This document shows, one piece after another, positions 15,730 through 21,734 of a DNA stretch of 37,548 nucleotides. Both the position numbers and the translations under genes were made by a program. The stretch's first letter is position 1; each line of letters starts with the position of its first letter. The notes below the pieces were generated by a model. That model made no database searches and was not told where the DNA came from. It saw only the letters and a program-made list of their open reading frames with translations. The DNA is from an uncultured Candidatus Kuenenia sp. (GTDB taxonomy: Bacteria > Planctomycetota > Planctomycetia > Pirellulales > UBA1268), in assembly GCA_964432895.1 (NCBI GenBank), contig CAYSPN010000440.1, forward strand, positions 1 through 37,548, given 5' to 3'.

Positions 15730-17394
15730 CTACGGCTTCTGCGCCGCGTCGGGCTGCCGTCGTTTCGCCGGGGCCGCCTCCGGCTGCGCCGCCGGAGGCC
15801 GCGGATACCGCACGACCTCGACGTCGTTCTGCTGCGGCGGGCCCGGCCGGCTGCGGCCCGTCGTGATGAGCTGCTCGAGGAGCGCCTGCATCTCGGCGAC
15901 CCGCTCGGGCTGCTCGCCGGCGAGGTTCTTCCGCTCGCCGAGGTCGGAGGCGAGGTCGTAGAGCTGCACGTTCTGCGCCGGGTCGTCTCCCCCCGTCCAG
16001 CCCCCGGACCCGGGGGCGGCGATGTACTTCCAGGAGCCGAGCCGCACGCCCGGCACACCCCGCATCGAGCAGCTCACGGCATGCTCGCGGACGGGCGTCA
16101 TGCTCCCCTTCAGGAGCGGCACGAGGCTGAAGCTGTCTTCGCCGGCATCGTCGGGGAGCGGCGTGCCGAGGATCTCGGCGCAGGTCGCCATGAGATCGGC
16201 CTGGTGCACGAGCTGATCGCAGACGCTTTCGGGCTTCACAACGCCGGGCCAGCGGGCGATGAACGCGACGCGATGCCCTCCCTCCCAGACGTCCGACTTG
16301 TAGCCCCGCAGCGGGCCGCTCGGGTAGTGGCCGCGGGCCTCGAGTTTCTTGGCCCCGACGTAGGGGGCAAAGCCGTTGTCACTCGTGAATACGACGAGCG
16401 TGTCGTCGGCGACGCCGGCGGCATCGAGGGCCGCGAGCACGTCACCGACGACCGCGTCGGTCTCCATGATGAGGTCGGCGCAGGCGTTGTCGAGGCCGCT
16501 CTTTCCCCGCCACGGCTCGTTCACCGCCAGGGGCGTGTGCGGCGAGGTAAGCGGCATGTAGAGGAGGAACGGCTGCTTCGCGCGACCGCGGTCGGCGATG
16601 AACTCGACCGCCCGGTCGCGGAGCGTCGGCAGGACGGCCTCCAGCTTCCAGTCGGGCAGCGCCGGCCCCTGGGCGCTTGCGCGATGATCTTGCAAGTCGG
16701 CCGCGGGCAGGAACTCCGAGGGGATGCCCACCGTGCGATCGTCGGCGATGAAGCAGTACGGAGGCCAGTTGGGCACGTCGGTGCCGAAGTAGACATCGAA
16801 GCCTCGGGTCGTCGGCCCGCCGGCGATCGGGCGTGAAAAGATCCGTTGCCAGGCGGCCTGCTGCTCGGCCGTGGCGGTCGGGCCGGCGGCATCGGCGGCA
16901 ACACCCTTCGGCTGCGCGACGGCCTGGGTCGACCGTCTCTCATCGGGCGTGAGGGACCAGTCCCAGCCGAGATGCCACTTGCCGATGCAGGCTGTGCGGT
17001 AGCCGTGCTGGCGGGCGAGCGTGCCGAGCGTGACGCGGTCGGCAGCGATGAGGGGATCGCCCCACGTGCCGACGATGCCGCTCTGGAGCCGCGTCCGCCA
17101 GTGGTAGCGGCCGGTGAGCAACGCGTAGCGGGAGGGCGAGCAGACACCCGAGGAGGAGTGGGCGTCGCTGAACCGCATCCCCTGCGCGGCGAGCCGGTCG
17201 AGGTGCGGCGTGGGGATCTTGCCGCGGTCAGGGTTGTAACAGTGCACGTCGCCGTAGCCGAGGTCGTCGGCGTAGATCACGACGATGTTCGGAGTCGCGG
17301 CCGCCGCAGACGGGGCGTGCAGCCCCGCCGCGAACGCGAGAAGCCAAGTCAGCGGGTACAGGCGGAGGCAGGCGTTTTGCATGAGATTTCGCAT
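15730..17394 (-). CDS. Sulfatase (Cys-type), secreted
   Basis: ORF track, 554 aa. Signal peptide, then NIVVIYADDLGYGD, VCSPSRYALLTGR, GKWHLG, FTSDNG. Confidence 0.9.
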   Translation of the reverse strand: MRNLMQNACLRLYPLTWLLAFAAGLHAPSAAAATPNIVVIYADDLGYGDVHCYNPDRGKIPTPHLDRLAAQGMRFSDAHSSSGVCSPSRYALLTGRYHWRTRLQSGIVGTWGDPLIAADRVTLGTLARQHGYRTACIGKWHLGWDWSLTPDERRSTQAVAQPKGVAADAAGPTATAEQQAAWQRIFSRPIAGGPTTRGFDVYFGTDVPNWPPYCFIADDRTVGIPSEFLPAADLQDHRASAQGPALPDWKLEAVLPTLRDRAVEFIADRGRAKQPFLLYMPLTSPHTPLAVNEPWRGKSGLDNACADLIMETDAVVGDVLAALDAAGVADDTLVVFTSDNGFAPYVGAKKLEARGHYPSGPLRGYKSDVWEGGHRVAFIARWPGVVKPESVCDQLVHQADLMATCAEILGTPLPDDAGEDSFSLVPLLKGSMTPVREHAVSCSMRGVPGVRLGSWKYIAAPGSGGWTGGDDPAQNVQLYDLASDLGERKNLAGEQPERVAEMQALLEQLITTGRSRPGPPQQNDVEVVRYPRPPAAQPEAAPAKRRQPDAAQKP

Positions 17395-17407
17395 GGGCCA
17401 GTGGTTG

Positions 17408-19009
17408 CTACTTGCCAGGTTTCTTCGCCGGGCCGGCGGTGCGCAGCTGCACGGAGTGCGCTTTCATATAGTCGGCGCGGCGCTGATTGATGGCGATTGA
17501 ATTGGCCGCGGTTTTCGTGCGCAACTCGTCCAGGATGGCGGTGTGTGTCGGATCGGTGGCAAGGTTGTGTTGCTCAGCGGGATAGGCCTCGAGGTCGAAA
17601 AGCATCTCGAACTCGGCATTGCGACCTTGGAAATCGACGTCTGTTTCCTTGAAGCTCATCACGCCGTCATACATCCGAATGTATTTCCAGCGACTGGTCC
17701 GCATGCCTTCCTGAAAAGGATTGTCCCGCATGGTGAAGAGGCTTTCAAGGAAGAGCTCATCGCGCCAGGAGGTCTCTTTGCCTTCCACGAGCGGACGCAG
17801 ACTGTGCCCTTCCATTTCCGCGGGAGCCTCAATGCCGGCGTAGTCGAGAATGGTGCGGGTGTAGTCAAGGCTGGAGACGATCTGATCAAGCTGGCGACCG
17901 CGTTGCTCCTGCGGGGTTCGCGGATCGTGGATGATGCAGGGGATCTTCGTCGCGAGGTCGAGCAACAAGCCTTTTCCGCCCATCCCATATTCGCCCATGA
18001 GCAGCCCGTGGTCGCTGCCGAAAAGGATGACGGTGTTTTGATCGAGGCCGCGTCTCTTCAGGTCCGCGAGCAGGCCGCCGATGACGTGATCCAGGCCGGT
18101 GATCGTCTGGTAGTAGCGGACGTGATGCTCGCGACAGGCAGAAAGATCATAGTTGTAGCTGTAGGTCTGCCGCCGCCCCTTGTCCTGGTCCAACATGAAC
18201 TTCGGGATGAAGCGGTAGGGGTCGGTGCAGGTATCGGCTGGCAGGGAAATGTCGAGATCGCGATAGAGCGTGTCGTAGAAAGGGCTGCCTTTGAGCTTGG
18301 GGTTCTCGTTGGCCGGGCGAGTCATCCCAATCCACTGGGGATAGGCGGTAAACATGGATGTCGTCTGCGAGCCATGCGGCACATTGAAGCTGACGGAGAG
18401 GCAGAAGGGCTTCTCTTTCGGCGCGGTGTCGAGGAACTGTGCCATTCCCTCGCCCATGATGAAGGTGACGACGTCCTCCTTGGCGCCGTGATAGGGCGTG
18501 GTGCTGGGTGAGTCGTGATCCTTGGGCAGAAACTTGGTCCAGCCATCGTGCCCATACCAAAAGTCAAACTTATCCTGCGCCCGGCCCTTGAAGGTGTAGT
18601 ACTCAACGCCAAACTTCCCGATGAAGCCTGTGTGGTACCCGGCTTTGCGGAGCAGTGCGGGATAGGTCTGCTCCCACTGCGGCTCCGTGAGGGTGTACGA
18701 CGAACTGAAGCCCACGCCATGCACCCGCTCCGGCATTCCGGTAAAAAACGACACCCGGCTCGGCGCACACACCGGCGTGGCGATGTAAGCGTTTGTGAAA
18801 CGCACCGAATCGCGCATCAGCGAATCGAGGTTGGGTGTTTTCACAGAGGGATGCCCCATGGCGCCGAGCGTGTTGTCTCGCTGGTCGTCGGTGAGGAGGA
18901 AGATGATGTTCGGCCGGGGTGAAGATTCCGCTGCGTCGGCAAGACGGGCGCCGGCCAGCAGTGCCAGCGATACTGCAGAAAGCAAGCAGGAGCGGAAGCG
19001 GTTTTTCAT
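17408..19009 (-). CDS. Sulfatase (Cys-type), secreted
   Basis: Frame of ORF 17408..19087 (GTG). ATG 19009 gives MKNRFRSCLLSAVSLALLAGARLADA. Motifs: NIIFLLTDDQ, VCAPSRVSFFTG, GSDHG. Confidence 0.9.
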   Translation of the reverse strand: MKNRFRSCLLSAVSLALLAGARLADAAESSPRPNIIFLLTDDQRDNTLGAMGHPSVKTPNLDSLMRDSVRFTNAYIATPVCAPSRVSFFTGMPERVHGVGFSSSYTLTEPQWEQTYPALLRKAGYHTGFIGKFGVEYYTFKGRAQDKFDFWYGHDGWTKFLPKDHDSPSTTPYHGAKEDVVTFIMGEGMAQFLDTAPKEKPFCLSVSFNVPHGSQTTSMFTAYPQWIGMTRPANENPKLKGSPFYDTLYRDLDISLPADTCTDPYRFIPKFMLDQDKGRRQTYSYNYDLSACREHHVRYYQTITGLDHVIGGLLADLKRRGLDQNTVILFGSDHGLLMGEYGMGGKGLLLDLATKIPCIIHDPRTPQEQRGRQLDQIVSSLDYTRTILDYAGIEAPAEMEGHSLRPLVEGKETSWRDELFLESLFTMRDNPFQEGMRTSRWKYIRMYDGVMSFKETDVDFQGRNAEFEMLFDLEAYPAEQHNLATDPTHTAILDELRTKTAANSIAINQRRADYMKAHSVQLRTAGPAKKPGK

Positions 19010-19088
19010 ATTCCGGTCCATCCGGGATTTCCGTGGGGAGAGCCGTAATTTGCCTGGCGTTGTACGAAAGCCTTGCTTACGAGTCACC

Positions 19089-20966
19089 TCATGGCTTCTT
19101 CGGTGCCGTGATCTTGTCCCAAGGCTCTACGTTCGTGCGGGCTGCATAGGCATCCCACATGGCAGTCATCCGCTTGACGCGGCCGGGCTCGAGTCCGCTG
19201 AGATCATTCTGCTCCGAACGGTCCTTCGATAGGTCGTAGAGTTCCCAGCGGTCGCCGTGGACGGCCACGAGTTTCCAATCGCCCTCCCGAACGGCCTTGT
19301 TGCCCTCGTGTTCCCAGTAGATCGCCTCGCGGTCGATCGCGCCGCCTGTAAAGAGCGGGGCCAAGCTTTTTCCTTCGAGCGGCGTCTTGTCGGCGGGATA
19401 CGACGCGCCGGCCAGATCAACGGCTGTGGCCATGATGTCGATGAGGTGGCCAGGCGTTCGTTCGAGCCGGCCGGGCTCCCTGATGCCACGAGGCCAGTGG
19501 ACGATGAGTGGCGTCGCGATACCCCCTTCATGGACCCAGTGCTTGTACATGCGGAACGGCGTGTTCGACACGGTCGCCCAGGCGGGGCCATACGCGACAA
19601 ACGTGTCGGCCGGGCCGGCCATCACGCCCTTGCCTTCCCGCAGCGGATAGCCGTCGCGGGTCTGCTTCTGTCGCACCTTCACGCCGATGAAGTCTGCGGG
19701 GAGTGGCTGCAGGCTTGGCATGTCGGCGCGAGCAGGGCCGATCCCGCCGCGACCGATCGTCTCGGCACAGCCGCCGTTGTCTTGCAGGTAGCAGACGAGC
19801 GTGTTGTCGGCCTGGCCAGCATCCTCGACCGCCTTCATGATCCTGCCGATGCCCTGGTCCATGCTATCGACCATCGCGGCATAGACCTCCATGTTTCGCT
19901 GGTCCCAGGCCAACCACTCGTCTTCTTCGCCGAGTTTCGGCGGCCACGGCCAGAGCGTCGTCTCGGCCGCGGTCACCACGCCTTCGGTCAGCATTTTCGC
20001 ATAGCGAGCCTTGCGGATGGCCTCGTACCCGGCGGCGTAGCGGCCTGCGTATTTCACGATGTCGCGGTCGCGGGCGTGCATCGGCCAGTGGGCGGCCGTG
20101 TAGGCCACGTACAGAAAGAAGGGCTTCGTCGCGTCGTGCTCCGTGATGAACCGCACGGCGTGGTCGCTGATCGCGTCGGTGTAGTAGTAGTCGGCCGCCG
20201 GATAATCGGGGTCGGCGAAGGCCGACATCATTCGGTTGTCGCGGACAAGCGTGGCGGGGTCAAAGAAGTTGCCGCCGCCGATGATCGTGCCGTAGAAACG
20301 CATGAAGCCCCGCTGCAGCGGCCAGTTGCGTTTCTCCGCGTCGCTCTTGGGCCTGATCGCCCCCGTGACGTGCCACTTGCCCACGGCATAGCTCGCGTAG
20401 CCGGCCGGCGCGACCACCTCGGCGATCGTGGCACAGCGGTCGTTGAGGTCACCGCGGTAGCCGGGAAATTCCCGATCGGTCTCCATGTGGCCGACGCCCG
20501 CTTGGTGAGGATAAAGTCCCGTCAGCAGGCTCGCCCGAGTCGGGCAGCAGCGAGCGGTGTTGTAAAACTGCGTGAACTGCAGGCCGCCCCGCGCCAGCCG
20601 GTCGAGGTTCGGCGTCTCGATCTCGCTGCCATAGCAGCCGACATCGGAAAACCCCATGTCGTCGGAAAGGATAACGACGATGTTGGGGCGGGACGGAGCG
20701 GCCGGCTCCGCCGCGATCGACCTCGCAGGGCCCGCGAACAGCCCGATGATGACGCCAGCCCCATGGAGCGACCACCGTGCCCAGGCTGAATCGTTCATGC
20801 GAAACCCCATGCACGTACTCCCAGGGAGCACTTTTCGGACAATCGCCAAGGTTTGCACGACAACAACAGCCACAAGCGCGATCACCAACGCGCAGCAACA
20901 CGGGCTCGAGAGCGTATCTCGCAGTCCTGATGGAGGCTGTGGTGGCTGACGAAGTGTCGTTGCCAT
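19089..20966 (-). CDS. Arylsulfatase (Cys-type); start uncertain (ATG 20966, or ATG 20798 giving a paralog-like signal peptide)
   Basis: ORF track, 625 aa. Motifs: NIVVILSDDMGFSDVGCYG, CCPTRASLLTGLYPHQAGVGHM, GKWH. The C terminus WELYDLSKDRSEQNDL..NVEPWD ends 10 aa later. The F1-B hexamer lies 66 nt upstream of ATG 20966. Confidence 0.9.
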   Translation of the reverse strand: MATTLRQPPQPPSGLRDTLSSPCCCALVIALVAVVVVQTLAIVRKVLPGSTCMGFRMNDSAWARWSLHGAGVIIGLFAGPARSIAAEPAAPSRPNIVVILSDDMGFSDVGCYGSEIETPNLDRLARGGLQFTQFYNTARCCPTRASLLTGLYPHQAGVGHMETDREFPGYRGDLNDRCATIAEVVAPAGYASYAVGKWHVTGAIRPKSDAEKRNWPLQRGFMRFYGTIIGGGNFFDPATLVRDNRMMSAFADPDYPAADYYYTDAISDHAVRFITEHDATKPFFLYVAYTAAHWPMHARDRDIVKYAGRYAAGYEAIRKARYAKMLTEGVVTAAETTLWPWPPKLGEEDEWLAWDQRNMEVYAAMVDSMDQGIGRIMKAVEDAGQADNTLVCYLQDNGGCAETIGRGGIGPARADMPSLQPLPADFIGVKVRQKQTRDGYPLREGKGVMAGPADTFVAYGPAWATVSNTPFRMYKHWVHEGGIATPLIVHWPRGIREPGRLERTPGHLIDIMATAVDLAGASYPADKTPLEGKSLAPLFTGGAIDREAIYWEHEGNKAVREGDWKLVAVHGDRWELYDLSKDRSEQNDLSGLEPGRVKRMTAMWDAYAARTNVEPWDKITAPKKP

Positions 20967-21030
20967 CTGGTTAGAAACTACTCATTCGAGAGGGGAGAAG
21001 CGCGGGGCTTCTCTTCGATCGAGGTCGCGG

Positions 21031-21081
21031 AGATTCTATGCCGGTGACCTACCGGATTGGACACTTCTGGCGGAAACGGCC
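21031..21081 (-). promoter_or_regulatory. F1 module copy B upstream of the three-sulfatase operon
   Basis: The coding strand reads GGCCGTTTCCGCCAGAAGTGTCCAATCCG-gtaggtcac-CGGCATAGAATC, i.e. TCCAAT-n17-TAGAAT. Confidence 0.5.
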
Positions 21082-21197
21082 CCCTTTGCGACCGCGAACG
21101 GATCGGGATCCATTGTTTGGGGTTCGCGCGCGTCTGAACGGCGGGTTATGCGACGCACAACTGCAGTCCCCGGCGTCCGGGTGCCTGTTCCGGGCCC

Positions 21198-21734
21198 TTA
21201 CGGCCGCGGGGCCGCCCAGCGCGCGGCATTCTCGATCACCGTGAGATTCTCGGGCTGGCGGTAGATCGGATAGGTCTCGTGGCCAGGGCGAAAATAGAAA
21301 ACGCGGCCTTTGCCCACGTTCCAGGTGCAGCCGCTTCGAAACCGCTCGCCCTTGTCCCACCGTTCCTCAAAGACGACGGCATCCGGTGCGGGAACATGAA
21401 ATGGTTCGTCATACATTTCAGTCTTCGGGATGTCCCATTGAGCCGGCAGCCCCTTGGCGATCGGGTGCTCGGGCAAGAGAGTACGGACATGGCTCGGTTC
21501 GCCGTCGGTGGCTCCACCAAACGATTCGTCATCGTTGAAACCTTGTGGAGTCTGTCGAGCGCGTTTTTACCACAGGTCCACAAACATGACCTTGAAAACA
21601 AGCCCTTCAACGGGTGGTTGGTACTTCGAACGGCTGGAGCCCGGCGGGGAGTATAGTCGGTCCAGATCAGCAACGATCACTTCGTTGACGTGCTGGTATT
21701 TGTGTTCAGTTCGATACCCGAGAGGATGAATCAT
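21198..21734 (-). pseudogene. ThuA-like (trehalose-utilisation family) relic: in-frame TAA and a short N terminus
   Basis: The C-terminal 92 aa (ORF 21198..21476) read EHPIAKGLPAQWDIPKTEMYDEPFHVPAPDAVVFEERWDKGERFRSGCTWNVGKGRVFYFRPGHETYPIY..IENAARWAA, which is ThuA-like. The same frame continues upstream through TAA at 21567-21569 to ATG 21734. The total of ~179 codons is shorter than a ThuA domain. Confidence 0.55.

Noticed and set aside
21038-21244. Small ORFs sharing GRIGRFWR-like peptides: 21038..21244 (MPVTYRIGHFWRKRP), 23200..23433 (..MPRTGRIGRFWREL) and part of 13222..13767 (..MPSIGRIGRFWRERP). The 5' extension of the sigma ORF (13549-13632) covers the same motif from the opposite strand (..PETSNPTDRRHST..).
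   Set aside because: The shared peptide is just the translation of the F1 nucleotide module. Conservation stops at the module edges, the ORFs lie antisense to the flanking genes, and the spacer varies freely. This reads as a DNA-level element, not a conserved micro-protein.
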